Assembly: GCA_965222605.1 (NCBI GenBank)
Contig: OZ244960.1
Location: 384,001-448,000, forward strand
Reading direction: 5' to 3'
Source of the DNA: Candidatus Latescibacterota bacterium
GTDB taxonomy: Bacteria > Latescibacterota > UBA2968
Length of the DNA stretch: 64,000 nt
Shown: piece by piece, positions 38,596 through 49,663 of the stretch
How the letters are laid out: each line of letters opens with the position of its first letter
How positions within the stretch are numbered: the stretch's first letter is position 1
Notes under the pieces: model-generated
What the model saw: the letters and a program-made list of their open reading frames with translations, nothing else
Databases searched by the model: none
Told to the model about the DNA's origin: nothing
Made by a program: the position numbers and the translations under genes

Positions 38596-39879
38596 ATGAA
38601 AAATCTCTCAACCATGACCATTGCACAAATTCGCGCCCACATCAAATCTGTCAATCGCCTTGACGAAGCATACCTCCGCGCACTCGAGCAGGACACCCGT
38701 GCCGGTGTTCGTGCACTCGCAGAACAGATGCGAAAAAAGCGAAAAGCACAGGCGCTTGAAAAAGCGCGCCTCGAACAAATGCTCACCATAGAAAAAAGAC
38801 TCAGAGAACGGGGCATTCAGCACATCGCAGGCGTAGATGAAGCCGGGCGAGGCCCCCTTGCAGGTCCCGTTGTCGCCGCCGCGGTTATCCTCCCGCCAGA
38901 TACACTCATTCCCGGCTTAAACGACTCCAAAGCACTATCAAAAAAACGCCGAGCAGAACTTTTTGAAACCATCCACGACGTAGCTCTCGCCATTGGCGTG
39001 GGCAAAGCGTCTCCACAAGAAATAGACAAATACAACATCCGCAACGCTACCCACCACGCCATGTGCAAGGCACTCGCCGCACTCCGCATCTCGCCCGACC
39101 GCGTGCTCATCGATGGCAATGCCCTCCCGGGCAGTCCATTCCCCGAACAATCGGTCATAGGCGGTGATCGTAAGTCGCTTTCTGTCGCCGCCGCATCTGT
39201 CATCGCCAAAGTAACGCGCGATCGCCTGATGATCGATTACCACGCGCAATATCCCGCTTATGGCTTTGCCCATCACAAGGGATATGGCAGCGCCGATCAC
39301 CTCGCCGCCTTGCAAAAACACGGCCCCTGTCCTATCCACCGCCGATCTTTCCGGGGCGTCTTTGAAGCCAACCGCTCTGAGGACTTTAAAATTTTTGCCG
39401 AAGGTATTCAAACCGCCACAAACCGCGGCCAACTTCAGGCCATCGGAAAAACCATTGCCAGTGCCAGCAAACATATCCCACAAGATGAGGTACACGCTCT
39501 GCGCGCGCTATTTCGCAAACGACGCACCCGCCTGCAACAATCCGGTCCAAAAGGCGAACAATTGGCGGAAAAATTTATAAAACAAAAGGGATACAGAATT
39601 CGCGCGCGCGGATTTCGCGCCCTGGGCGGTGAAATCGACCTCATTGCAGAAAAAAACAACGTCTTGATCTTCGTCGAAGTCAAAACCGCGACCACCCCGC
39701 ATTTTGGACAACCAGAAACCAGAGTAACGCCTGCCAAGCAAGCGCAAATTATCAAAATCGCAAAAGCCTACCTGCAACAACACCCCGACCACGCGGCACC
39801 GCGATTTGACGTCATCGCCGTTGACCTGACACAACAGCACCCGGTCATCCGACACTACGAAAACGCCTTTACAGCTTAG
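38596..39879 (+). CDS. rnhB: Ribonuclease HII fused to a YraN (UPF0102) domain
   Basis: GVDEAGRGPLAGPVVAAA, DSKAL, AASVIAKVTRD; C-terminal GEQLA...GEIDLIA...FVEVK...RFDVI. Confidence 0.92.
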   Translation: MKNLSTMTIAQIRAHIKSVNRLDEAYLRALEQDTRAGVRALAEQMRKKRKAQALEKARLEQMLTIEKRLRERGIQHIAGVDEAGRGPLAGPVVAAAVILPPDTLIPGLNDSKALSKKRRAELFETIHDVALAIGVGKASPQEIDKYNIRNATHHAMCKALAALRISPDRVLIDGNALPGSPFPEQSVIGGDRKSLSVAAASVIAKVTRDRLMIDYHAQYPAYGFAHHKGYGSADHLAALQKHGPCPIHRRSFRGVFEANRSEDFKIFAEGIQTATNRGQLQAIGKTIASASKHIPQDEVHALRALFRKRRTRLQQSGPKGEQLAEKFIKQKGYRIRARGFRALGGEIDLIAEKNNVLIFVEVKTATTPHFGQPETRVTPAKQAQIIKIAKAYLQQHPDHAAPRFDVIAVDLTQQHPVIRHYENAFTA

Positions 39880-39932
39880 GGAGCGGTCAGCTTACCTACC
39901 GGTCCTCACACCCCAAATTCTCCTCTTAAACC

Positions 39933-39961
39933 TTGACAATACCCCCTCTTACCTTTATTTT
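39933..39961 (+). promoter_or_regulatory. Sigma-70-type promoter for hisS-aspS
   Basis: TTGACA-17bp-TATTTT. Confidence 0.5.
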
Positions 39962-40004
39962 TAATTCTTCTTAAAAAAATAATTTGTGACGGATTATAAT
40001 ACCC

Positions 40005-41297
40005 ATGCCACAGTTAATTCCAAAAGTAAAAGGCACCCGCGATTTTTATCCCGAAGACTGGGCCTACCAGAAGTGGCTCTGCGAGAAATTTATCGGCGTT
40101 GGCAATCTCTTTGGTTACAGAGAATACGAAAGTACAATACTCGAATACATGGCCCTCTACCTGGGCAAAAGCAGCGAAGAAATCGTCACACAGCAGACAT
40201 TTACGCTATCTGATCGGGACGACAAACAACTCGTCATGCGCCCAGAACTCACGCCCACACTCGCGCGCATGGTCGCCCAAAAAGAAGGCGAACTCACCTT
40301 CCCCATTCGCTGGCAATCATACGGCAGGTTCTTTCGCTACGAGCGTCCCCAACGCGGGCGCGGGCGTTCCTTTTTTCAATGGAACATAGACGCGCTCGGC
40401 AGCGATAGCTATCTGGCCGATGCCGAAATAATCACCATAGCTTGCACGCTATTCAAACACCTCGGTCTCACTACCGAACACGCCACCATCAGAGTCAACG
40501 ACCGACAGGCCCTCGAAATTTTAATCTCCAAAAAACTGGACTTGTCGCCCGAGAACATCAAACCCGTTTTTGGGGCTATTGACCGCATAGACAAAATGCC
40601 CGAGGAAAAATTCCGCACCTATTTGGCCGATGATCTGGATCTCAGTTCAGGTCAAATCGATACCCTCTACGAAATCCTCCAAACAGCAGACCTGACATTT
40701 TCCCCCTGGCTCCAGCGCATTTTTGAGCAACTCGACAAAAATGATGTTATAGACTTCGTAAAACTCGACTTCAAAATCGTGCGCGGTTTTGACTACTATA
40801 CGCGCACGGTATTTGAAGCATGGGCAAAAACCTCATTGCGCCGCGCCCTCTTTGGAGGTGGTCGTTACGACAATCTCATACGTCAAGTAGGCGGCAAGCG
40901 CCAGGTACCGGGTGTGGGATTTGCAGTCGGCGATATGGCCATCACCGAATTGCTCAAAGAAATAGACATTTATCCCCAACTCGAAACGCCCGGTGCCCGC
41001 GTATTCGTTACGGTATTCTCCGAAGACCTTCTCGTCCAATCGTCTTCTTTTGCCGAAAAACTGCGCCAGGAGGGTATCGCAACAGAACTCCATCTCATTC
41101 CGGGACAGCGTCTCGACAGACAATTCAAATATGCAGATCGTCAAAATATCCCCTTTGCAGCAGTTATTGGACCAGACGAGGCGTCTGCAAATACCATCGT
41201 GCTCAAAGACCTCAAAGCGCGCGCGCAACAAATTTTTTCACAAAACGACCTGTGCGCGATAAAAACAACGCTTAAAAGCGGAATTACCCAAGCGTAG
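40005..41297 (+). CDS. hisS: Histidine--tRNA ligase
   Basis: KGTRDF, RPELT, FRYERPQRGR, RGFDYYT, GGGRYD. Confidence 0.97.
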   Translation: MPQLIPKVKGTRDFYPEDWAYQKWLCEKFIGVGNLFGYREYESTILEYMALYLGKSSEEIVTQQTFTLSDRDDKQLVMRPELTPTLARMVAQKEGELTFPIRWQSYGRFFRYERPQRGRGRSFFQWNIDALGSDSYLADAEIITIACTLFKHLGLTTEHATIRVNDRQALEILISKKLDLSPENIKPVFGAIDRIDKMPEEKFRTYLADDLDLSSGQIDTLYEILQTADLTFSPWLQRIFEQLDKNDVIDFVKLDFKIVRGFDYYTRTVFEAWAKTSLRRALFGGGRYDNLIRQVGGKRQVPGVGFAVGDMAITELLKEIDIYPQLETPGARVFVTVFSEDLLVQSSSFAEKLRQEGIATELHLIPGQRLDRQFKYADRQNIPFAAVIGPDEASANTIVLKDLKARAQQIFSQNDLCAIKTTLKSGITQA

Positions 41298-41306
41298 GAG
41301 ACAGCC

Positions 41307-43082
41307 ATGCCAGAGTCGCTCGGCGACTGGAAACGCACGCACAACTGCGGCGAATTGCGCATCGAAAATGTAGGCGAAGAAGTCTGCCTGATGGGGTGGG
41401 TAGGCAAAAGGCGCGACCATGGAGGCGTCATATTTGTCGATTTGCGCGACCGCTACGGCATCACCCAGGTAGTCTTTCGTCCCGACCTCGAATCAGAGAC
41501 ACACGCCATTGCCGAAAAAATACGCAACGAATTTGTCCTGGCAATAAAAGGCAGAGTTGAACCGCGCCCAGAAGGCATGGCAAACCCCAAATTGCCTACC
41601 GGCGCCATTGACATCGAATGTTCAGACTTGCGCCTTCTCAACGAAGCGGACACACCGCCATTTGCCATAGAACCCGAAATCGATGCCAACGAAGAACTGC
41701 GCCTGCGCTATCGCTACCTCGACCTGCGCCGCCCCGATATGCAACAAGCCGTGTTCCTGAGACATAACGCCGCGCAAGAAACGCGCAAATATCTGATCAG
41801 CCAGGGCTTTCTCGAAATCGAGACCCCTTTCCTCATGAAAAGCACGCCCGAAGGTGCAAGAGATTATCTGGTTCCTTCTCGCGTTCAAAAAGGCAACTTC
41901 TATGCCCTGCCCCAATCGCCTCAAACCTACAAACAGTTGCTCATGATCGCCGGCTATGATCGCTACTTTCAAATTGTGCGCTGCTTCCGCGATGAAGACC
42001 TGCGGGGCGACCGCCAGCCCGAGTTTACCCAAATTGATATTGAAATGGCATTTGTCACAGAAGCCGATGTCATGCAGCTCGCAGAAGGGCTTACGCGGCA
42101 TCTGTTTGCGCACGTCATAGGCTTTGATATCCCCTCTCCCATACCACACATGACCTATCGCGAAGCGATTGATCGCTTTGGAACCGATCGTCCGGACACG
42201 CGCTTTGACCTCGAAATAGTCGATATTTCAAAAGCTGCCCTCGCCTCAGAATTCCGGGTCTTCAGGTCCGTAATCGATTCCGGTGGGCAGGTTCGAGCCA
42301 TTAACGCCAGGGGATGTGCAAACTACTCGCGCAAACAAATCGATGACCTCACAGCTTTTGTTGCAAAACACGGTGCTAAGGGGCTCGCCTGGATCAAAGT
42401 GACCGAACAGGGGCTCGAATCATCAATCGTCAAGTTCTTCCCAGATCAGGCCCAACAAATGCTCAGAGAATCACTTGACGCGCAGATAGGGGACCTGCTT
42501 TTATTTGTTGCTGATCAACCCGCAGTTGTCGCAAACGCACTGGGTAATCTGCGCTTAGAACTCGCGCGGCAACAAGACCTTATGGAGACAGGTGACTTTA
42601 GTTTCTTATGGGTGACGCAGTTTCCCCTTCTCGAATTTGATGACGTTGAAAAACGCTACGTAGCCTGCCACCATCCCTTCACATCCCCCCTGGAAGCAGA
42701 CCTCAATGAACTTGAGACAGCCCCAGGTGATGTTCGCGCCAGAGCTTATGATCTCGTTCTCAATGGCAACGAAATCGCTGGCGGAAGCATACGTATCCAC
42801 CACAGGGAAACCCAGGAACTCGTATTTCGCATGTTGGGGATATCCGAAAGCGAATCACGAGAAAAATTCGGCTTCTTACTCGACGCCTTTCGCTACGGTG
42901 CGCCCCCTCATGGCGGCATCGCGTTTGGATACGACCGCCTGGTCGCCCTCATGGCGGGCAAAGCGTTTATCCGAGACGTCATTCCATTCCCGAAAACCAA
43001 TACAGCGGCATCTCTCATGGATGGGGCGCCATCTGCAGTAGATCTCGCCCAACTCCGCGAACTCGGTTTGCGATTATTGTAA
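41307..43082 (+). CDS. aspS: Aspartate--tRNA ligase
   Basis: RDHGG, STPEGARDY, LPQSPQ, FRDED, PPHGGIAFG, FPKT. Confidence 0.98.
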   Translation: MPESLGDWKRTHNCGELRIENVGEEVCLMGWVGKRRDHGGVIFVDLRDRYGITQVVFRPDLESETHAIAEKIRNEFVLAIKGRVEPRPEGMANPKLPTGAIDIECSDLRLLNEADTPPFAIEPEIDANEELRLRYRYLDLRRPDMQQAVFLRHNAAQETRKYLISQGFLEIETPFLMKSTPEGARDYLVPSRVQKGNFYALPQSPQTYKQLLMIAGYDRYFQIVRCFRDEDLRGDRQPEFTQIDIEMAFVTEADVMQLAEGLTRHLFAHVIGFDIPSPIPHMTYREAIDRFGTDRPDTRFDLEIVDISKAALASEFRVFRSVIDSGGQVRAINARGCANYSRKQIDDLTAFVAKHGAKGLAWIKVTEQGLESSIVKFFPDQAQQMLRESLDAQIGDLLLFVADQPAVVANALGNLRLELARQQDLMETGDFSFLWVTQFPLLEFDDVEKRYVACHHPFTSPLEADLNELETAPGDVRARAYDLVLNGNEIAGGSIRIHHRETQELVFRMLGISESESREKFGFLLDAFRYGAPPHGGIAFGYDRLVALMAGKAFIRDVIPFPKTNTAASLMDGAPSAVDLAQLRELGLRLL

Positions 43083-43239
43083 TCACAGAGAACTATAACG
43101 CATTCAAAACTTTTTCTTGACTTTCTGTATTTTATGTAGTATTTTGTCTAAAAGTTGTGTTATCAGTTTTTTCAATTTTCTCCTAAATTCTTGATAATTT
43201 AAATACTTACGCCAATATCCCTGAGGAGGCAATTGGGTT

Positions 43240-43485
43240 ATGAAAAGACTCAAAAAAGCGGCAGGTTGTGGTCTGTTACTCGTTCTGTTATCTGGATGTT
43301 GCACGCCAATGGCCTCAAGATCGCAACTCCAAATGCTCGAAGAAGCGCGTAAAGCCGCAGAATCGGCTGAAGCCGACCTTGAAGCCTGTAAGCAACACCG
43401 GGCCGAGTTGGAACGCCAATTGGCACAGAAGAAACAAGTTATGGCCGAGTGGCAAAATATCTTAAGTCAGTGCAACAGGTCTTGA
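43240..43485 (+). CDS. Small coiled-coil lipoprotein
   Basis: Lipobox LSGC; GAGGAGG RBS; upstream TTGACT-17bp-TATTTT. Confidence 0.7.
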   Translation: MKRLKKAAGCGLLLVLLSGCCTPMASRSQLQMLEEARKAAESAEADLEACKQHRAELERQLAQKKQVMAEWQNILSQCNRS

Positions 43486-43504
43486 GCCAGTAATTTTCTA
43501 TGGT

Positions 43505-44362
43505 GTGTGGAAAGGAGTTGTTCGGATGACAGGTTTGAAGCTTTTCAAGGTTATTTGTTGTGCAGTTGCCCTTTTTGTTTTCCCTCAAAGGGGAATTGCC
43601 CAGATGGCAGTGACCTATGATGAATACAAGATGAAACTTACAGAACAAGAGCAACGGCTTGCAGAACTCAAAAAGTCTCTGCTTGAATGCCAAACTGCAT
43701 CTAATGACCTTTCTAACCAGATTTCCAGTCTAGATACCCAGATTAGTGAAATCAAACAGCAAGTTTATGGGCTTGTTGAGTCCGATGAAGCAGGGGTCAA
43801 CGAATATATGCAAGAACTCGGCCGCGTTGAAAGTCGCCTCATGGGCTTGCGTGACCTACCAGAAGAAGCCCTTTTTGAAGTTCGAGATGAAATTGACCAA
43901 ATAGAAGTCCGCATCCCAGAGCTTAAAGCGGATAAAAGATCCTGTTTCCCAGCTGCACAGGCAAAATTGGCCAGTATTGATCAATTATTTGAGCAGGTCA
44001 AATCGCGAATGCCTCGCAAGCGCCTGCGGCAATATTCGGTTGTCAGAGGCGATAATCTCTGGAGAATCGCTAAAAAAGACGATATTTACGGAGATCCTTA
44101 TCTCTGGCCTCGTATCTATGTTGAAAACCGGGATAAAATTAAACATCCCGATATAATTTATCCCAAGTGGGTTCTCAACATTCCTTTTGGCGTCGATCTT
44201 AATCAACACCTCGTGATGAGTGGCGAGAACCTCTCGTCCATTGCCGACAAGGTGTACAATGATGTCACCAAATGGAATCGAATCTACCAGGCCAATAAAA
44301 CACAGATCTTTGACCCGAGCATGATTTTCCCAGCTCAAGTATTCGACATTCCAGCAAACTGA
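43505..44362 (+). CDS. Secreted coiled-coil protein with two LysM domains
   Basis: YSVVRGDNLWRIA...WPRIY; VMSGENLSSIA...WNRIYQAN; start may be ATG 43526. Confidence 0.88.
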   Translation: MWKGVVRMTGLKLFKVICCAVALFVFPQRGIAQMAVTYDEYKMKLTEQEQRLAELKKSLLECQTASNDLSNQISSLDTQISEIKQQVYGLVESDEAGVNEYMQELGRVESRLMGLRDLPEEALFEVRDEIDQIEVRIPELKADKRSCFPAAQAKLASIDQLFEQVKSRMPRKRLRQYSVVRGDNLWRIAKKDDIYGDPYLWPRIYVENRDKIKHPDIIYPKWVLNIPFGVDLNQHLVMSGENLSSIADKVYNDVTKWNRIYQANKTQIFDPSMIFPAQVFDIPAN

Positions 44363-44440
44363 CCTCAACCTTTTCGATCCCAGAATTTGGATCTTTCAGA
44401 AATCCAATGGAAGGTTCATCCATCAACCTCTAAAATTGAA

Positions 44441-44473
44441 CTCTCATTCCCGTAGTCTGTTTGGGAATGAGAG
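44441..44473 (+). terminator. Hairpin/terminator
   Basis: CTCTCATTCCC...GGGAATGAGAG followed by T runs. Confidence 0.6.
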
Positions 44474-44497
44474 TTTTCTTTTTCTTATACTCAAAGC

Positions 44498-45481
44498 GTG
44501 GAAAATAGAGAACTCTCCCATAGACTATCTTTGCGCGGTGTTGACCTTCTATCTTTATACGGTCACAACGATGCAAATTTGCTCGCCCTTGAAGACCGCT
44601 ATGGCGTGCGTTTAACCGCCCGAGGGGATCAGCTAAATGTTCAGGGACCACAACACAAAGTTCAACACGTCTCTGGCCTATTAGAAGAAATGATTTCATG
44701 CCTTCGGCGCGGCGATCAGTTTGACCCTCTACACTTGCTTGCGCCACCGCCAGAAAATTCCGAATCTGAAATTGGCGAATACGCAAAGCCTATTCTTTCA
44801 ACGCCCAAAATTCTCATTCGCCCCCGCTCACAGACCCAGGTTGCTTACTCGACAGCTATAGAAAACTACGATATTGTTTTCGGCATTGGACCGGCGGGTA
44901 CGGGCAAAACTTATCTGGCAGTCGCAGCGGCTGTTTCTACACTAAAAAGCAAACACATCTCCAGAATTATTCTGACGCGCCCGGCTGTAGAAGCTGGCGA
45001 AACCCTGGGATTTCTACCGGGAGATATACAGGATAAAGTCGATCCCTATTTGCGTCCTCTCTACGACGCACTGCGCGACATGCTACCCGATACACAATTG
45101 CAACACCTTATGGAAATGCACACACTTGAAATTGCACCGCTTGCATTTATGAGAGGACGCACCCTGAATAACGCTTTTGTCATTCTCGACGAGGCCCAGA
45201 ATACCACCGTCAACCAGATGAAGATGTTTCTTACCCGTCTGGGCAACAATGCCAAGGCCGTGATTACGGGTGATATAACACAAATAGACCTGCCGCCGGG
45301 TATTCAGTCTGGACTTATACACGTCCAACATATCCTGTCTCATATAGAAGCCATCAAATTCGTCAGCTTTTCAGAAAAAGATGTTGTACGACACCCACTG
45401 GTTCAAAAAATTATAACTGCTTATGAGCAAAGCGAACATTCCCATGAACCAGATGGAGAAGAGGCAGTGTTAAAGCCATGA
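44498..45481 (+). CDS. phoH: PhoH family protein
   Basis: GPAGTGKTYLA, RPAVEAGE, FMRGRTL, DEAQN, GDITQ. Confidence 0.95.
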   Translation: MENRELSHRLSLRGVDLLSLYGHNDANLLALEDRYGVRLTARGDQLNVQGPQHKVQHVSGLLEEMISCLRRGDQFDPLHLLAPPPENSESEIGEYAKPILSTPKILIRPRSQTQVAYSTAIENYDIVFGIGPAGTGKTYLAVAAAVSTLKSKHISRIILTRPAVEAGETLGFLPGDIQDKVDPYLRPLYDALRDMLPDTQLQHLMEMHTLEIAPLAFMRGRTLNNAFVILDEAQNTTVNQMKMFLTRLGNNAKAVITGDITQIDLPPGIQSGLIHVQHILSHIEAIKFVSFSEKDVVRHPLVQKIITAYEQSEHSHEPDGEEAVLKP

Positions 45482-47733
45482 TGTTCTTTAGAAAACGTCA
45501 ACGCGATCGCACGCGTCAGACGAGACAACAGTGGAAACAGCGGGGAAAGCAAGCCTTTCGCATTGCGTTGATGCTCGCTCTCTTAGGCGTACTAACCGTC
45601 TTATTTCCCACACAACAGCGGTACGAGTACAGTGCGTTCCGAGAAGGCGCGATTGCGCCGGATGAAGTCATTGCATCCGAATCTTTCACCGTGTATAAAA
45701 GTGAGGAAGAATACCAGGAGGAAGTCGCAGAAGCTCGCCTCCAGATTTTGCCGATTTTGCGCTATGATAGCACGGTGGAGAAAAGTAAACTGGATGCATT
45801 CAAAATATTTCTCAACGACATAAAAAAGCACACAGGCTCCCGGCTAAATGAATCGCTTTTACAGACGCTGCGTCTTTCACACCCGGAAATTGGCCTCCTG
45901 TCGGAATCCACTCTGAGATATCTCATTCCCATATCCCGGAGACGGTCATCCAGCCGCAGTAAATTGACCACCACAGTCGAAAATATTCTTCAAAGCACTT
46001 ATCAGAACGGGATTCTCGACCAGGAAATAAATACCGTCGAAGAGGGGTACGCAGAGGTTATACTACTTAACAATGGCTCAGAACGCCAAATTAGCCTTGA
46101 AGAACTGGTCGATATAGAAAATTTTACTTCGGGACTCCAACAAACCATAGAACAACAATTGCCAAAAGCGAGCCCTATGGAAATGAGAGCGGGTAGTGAA
46201 CTGGTCCTGGCCTATCTATCCCCCAACATTGCCTATGACGCTACCGAAACGCAGAGGCGAAGAGATGAGGCAGCCAGCAATGTCTCACGTGCCAAAGGGG
46301 GGATAGTTCTCAAGGGCGAGCGCATTATTGACAAACACGACCGCGTAACATCTGACGACATAGATAAACTCAGGTCACTGGCCGAACATATCAACCAACG
46401 CCGCCAGCAAGACCCATTCATCGACCTCATTCAACGAGGTGCTGGACTGGCACTTTGCGCGTTGACGCTAATAATATTTTTTGCGTTTCTAAAATTTTAT
46501 CGTCCCGACCTTTATCTTCCGTCCAAAAACATCGTGCTTTTTGGCATCATTATTTTAATCCCTACTGCCGTGGCTGATTACGCTGCCCAAAGCCAGGCCA
46601 TATCCCCATTTCTCATCCCCGTCGCACTATCGGCAATGCTGGCAACCGTGCTCTTTGATGCCGTCGTCGGCATGGTGATCACCCTTGCCGTTACAACGCT
46701 TTGTGCCAGCATCCTCGGCGAACTCCAATACGGGATCATTTTTCTCACCACAGGTATTATTGGTGCTTTTTCGGTACACCAGGTGCGCCATCGCAGAGAT
46801 TTTTACCGCCCTGGTCTGTATCTGATTGCCGCTTATGCCTTGACAATTACCTCCACGGTTGGACTTTTTTTTTCTTATGCCAACACCACCGAGTTTCTCA
46901 CAGAAATACGCGAGGATTTATTCTGGGGCATTGTATCTGCCTGTGGTTCCTTAATCCTCACCATTGGATTACTACCCGTATTCGAAAGTGTTTTCAATGT
47001 CGTAACATCAATGACATTGCTCGAATTGGCGGACTTAAATCGCCCGCTGTTGCGCAATTTGGCCCTTCGCGCTCCTGGCACCTTTAGTCACAGCATAAAC
47101 ATGGCCAATATCTCGGAAGAAGCCGCGGTCGCAATAGGCGCAGACCCCTTGCTCGCACGCGTTGGATGTTATTACCACGATATTGGGAAAATGAGACGCC
47201 CACACTATTTTATAGAAAATCAGCATGGTGTAAATCCTCACGATGAGTTACAACCTCAAATCAGTGCCCTGATTCTCATCTCTCATGTCAGGGACGGTAT
47301 CGAATTGGCAAAAGAAGAAGGACTTCCTTTAGCAATTATTGATCTCATTCCACAGCATCATGGGACTTCAGAAATGACTTCGTTTAAGCATCAGGCACAA
47401 CTCATAGACGAACAGGCGGTCCGCGATGCCGACTTCCACTATCCTGGCCCCAGACCCCAGACTAAAGAAGCGGGTATTATTAACCTCGCAGACGCTGTTG
47501 AGTCTGCGACGCGATCTCTGCCCAACAATGATCCGAATGAAATTAAAAAGCTCGTCCAAACAATTGTCAAAGGTCGTTATGATGCTGGAGAACTGGATGA
47601 ATGCGATCTTACATTGCGCGACCTGACCAGAATCCAGGAAGCCTTTTTACCCGTCTTGCAGGCTTCGCACCACCATCGAGTCCCCTATCCCTGGCAAGTG
47701 CAACAACAAGAACGCCAAAGCGCGAGCGGATGA
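45478..47733 (+). CDS. 7TM-HD phosphohydrolase (PgpH-like cyclic dinucleotide phosphodiesterase)
   Basis: Extracellular domain, TM bundle, APGTFSHS, YHDIGK, HHGT, ADAVES. Confidence 0.92.
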   Translation: MMFFRKRQRDRTRQTRQQWKQRGKQAFRIALMLALLGVLTVLFPTQQRYEYSAFREGAIAPDEVIASESFTVYKSEEEYQEEVAEARLQILPILRYDSTVEKSKLDAFKIFLNDIKKHTGSRLNESLLQTLRLSHPEIGLLSESTLRYLIPISRRRSSSRSKLTTTVENILQSTYQNGILDQEINTVEEGYAEVILLNNGSERQISLEELVDIENFTSGLQQTIEQQLPKASPMEMRAGSELVLAYLSPNIAYDATETQRRRDEAASNVSRAKGGIVLKGERIIDKHDRVTSDDIDKLRSLAEHINQRRQQDPFIDLIQRGAGLALCALTLIIFFAFLKFYRPDLYLPSKNIVLFGIIILIPTAVADYAAQSQAISPFLIPVALSAMLATVLFDAVVGMVITLAVTTLCASILGELQYGIIFLTTGIIGAFSVHQVRHRRDFYRPGLYLIAAYALTITSTVGLFFSYANTTEFLTEIREDLFWGIVSACGSLILTIGLLPVFESVFNVVTSMTLLELADLNRPLLRNLALRAPGTFSHSINMANISEEAAVAIGADPLLARVGCYYHDIGKMRRPHYFIENQHGVNPHDELQPQISALILISHVRDGIELAKEEGLPLAIIDLIPQHHGTSEMTSFKHQAQLIDEQAVRDADFHYPGPRPQTKEAGIINLADAVESATRSLPNNDPNEIKKLVQTIVKGRYDAGELDECDLTLRDLTRIQEAFLPVLQASHHHRVPYPWQVQQQERQSASG

Positions 47734-48155
47734 ATGCACTTGAAATTACGACTTTAGTCGATGTGTGCGATCTGGATATCCCTCGCTTACAAGCTGTAGT
47801 GAAACAACTTCTTTCAGACAACGATGTGCATCTTCCCGTTTCGTGCATTCTAACCCATGATGCCCATGTCCGACAACTTAATAAAAAATATCGAAACATA
47901 GACAAAACGACCGACGTTCTTTCATTTGAGCTTTCCGATGCGATCCATCCAGAGGCGCATTATTGTGGAGAGATATACATTTCAGTAGATCGCGCACGAC
48001 AGCAAGCAAAAGCGCATAACCGATCCCTACAGGCAGAAATAACCCACCTGACAGTGCATGGGACTCTGCATTTGCTGGGATTTGAACACGATACCCCCGA
48101 GGGTTACACGCAAATGCAAAACGAAGAAAAAAAATACCTGACCCTGATAGAATAG
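47730..48155 (+). CDS. ybeY: rRNA maturation RNase YbeY
   Basis: TDVLSF, HGTLHLLGFEH; ATGA overlap with the upstream gene. Confidence 0.95.
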   Translation: MNALEITTLVDVCDLDIPRLQAVVKQLLSDNDVHLPVSCILTHDAHVRQLNKKYRNIDKTTDVLSFELSDAIHPEAHYCGEIYISVDRARQQAKAHNRSLQAEITHLTVHGTLHLLGFEHDTPEGYTQMQNEEKKYLTLIE

Positions 48156-48175
48156 CCCGCGCTTATGTCCTTGCG

Positions 48176-49531
48176 TTGTCCCTTACTGCAAACAATCATT
48201 CCCGCGAAAGGAGCGTGATTTTTTTGGACGATCCTTGGCCAGCAGTTTTTATAACCATCGCTTCTATTGTCCTGACAGCAGCTTTCTCCAGGCTCGGCTC
48301 AATTGGTATTTCGCGCACAACCCTCGAACGCCTGCACGAAGAGAAAATAGCACGCGCAGGACTCTACCTTTGGCTCTATCGCTCCCGCGATTTTGTGTCA
48401 CAAATGGTTTTGCTCGGTCAGACAATCGCCATATCTATAGGAGCTTTGGCACTGCTATCCATTCTTTTTCAGACGTTAAAACCGGGTTTCTGGCTGTATC
48501 CCGGCGCAGCATTGCTCATCGCACTTTATGTATTTATCGCCCTGATCATTCGCAGCATCGTCCCCCCCTACCGAAGAGAAGAGGGATCAGATCGCCCGCT
48601 GCCCTTTTTGCCGATATGTTTTTTCCCCTTTTACTTTATTCTTGTTATTCCAACACTGCTGTTGCAAAAAGCGCAAAATGTTTTCTTGAGCGAAGACGAT
48701 AGCAGAGCCCTAAAAGAAGAAGAATTGCGAAATATCGTTGAATCGGAAACAGAAGAAGGCACAATTGAAGCAGAAGAAAGAGAAATGATTGAGGGCATCT
48801 TTGAATTTGACGAAACAACGGTCAAAGAGGTGATGATCCCGCGTATAGATATGATTTCTGCTGAGATAACGGCCACGCCCAAAGAGCTTCTCAAACTGAT
48901 CCAACAATCCTGGCACTCGCGAATTCCCATCCATGAAGAACGAATCGATAACATCAAAGGCGTCGTTTATGTCAAAGATATTTTGCTCAATCTGGCGACC
49001 AATCAGCCGTGGTCTATTCCAGAGATCATGCGTGCGCCATACTTTGTGCCAGAAAATAAAACACTCGCTGAGCTAATGGCCGAATTTAAGCGCGAAAAAG
49101 TACACATGGCGATTGTCGTTGGAGAATATGGCGGAACGTCTGGGCTCATTACAATGGAAGATATTATCGAAGAAATTGTCGGTGAAATCCAAGACGAATA
49201 CGACGATGAGGAACCGCTTTTTGAATGGCGTGAAGAGGGCAAAATACTCATAGTAGATGCGCGTATTGACATCGAAGACCTCAATATCGTGCTCAACGTC
49301 GAACTGCCACAAGACGGTTACGAAACGCTCGGCGGATTTATATACAACGTGCTTGGACACGTGCCTCAGCCAAATGAAAATTTAGAACACGGAAATCTAT
49401 TTATTGAAATCCTCGCAGTCGTAGGACAGCGCATTACACGGGTAAAAATTACCAAACGCGGAGAGTCTTCACAGGACAAGCCAAAACGCGGTGAAGAGAT
49501 ACAAATGCAAAACGACAAGCCGCAGAAATAA
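48176..49531 (+). CDS. Hemolysin/CorC-type CBS-domain membrane protein
   Basis: EVMIPR, SRIP, EYGGTSGLITMEDIIEEIVGEIQDEYD, ETLGG; start uncertain. Confidence 0.9.
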   Translation: MSLTANNHSRERSVIFLDDPWPAVFITIASIVLTAAFSRLGSIGISRTTLERLHEEKIARAGLYLWLYRSRDFVSQMVLLGQTIAISIGALALLSILFQTLKPGFWLYPGAALLIALYVFIALIIRSIVPPYRREEGSDRPLPFLPICFFPFYFILVIPTLLLQKAQNVFLSEDDSRALKEEELRNIVESETEEGTIEAEEREMIEGIFEFDETTVKEVMIPRIDMISAEITATPKELLKLIQQSWHSRIPIHEERIDNIKGVVYVKDILLNLATNQPWSIPEIMRAPYFVPENKTLAELMAEFKREKVHMAIVVGEYGGTSGLITMEDIIEEIVGEIQDEYDDEEPLFEWREEGKILIVDARIDIEDLNIVLNVELPQDGYETLGGFIYNVLGHVPQPNENLEHGNLFIEILAVVGQRITRVKITKRGESSQDKPKRGEEIQMQNDKPQK

Positions 49532-49586
49532 CTTGACAATAACCCCAAAATCCCGTTCTTTTTTAACACTTATTTGGACATAGGGT

Positions 49587-49641
<55 letters not shown>

Positions 49642-49663
<22 letters not shown>

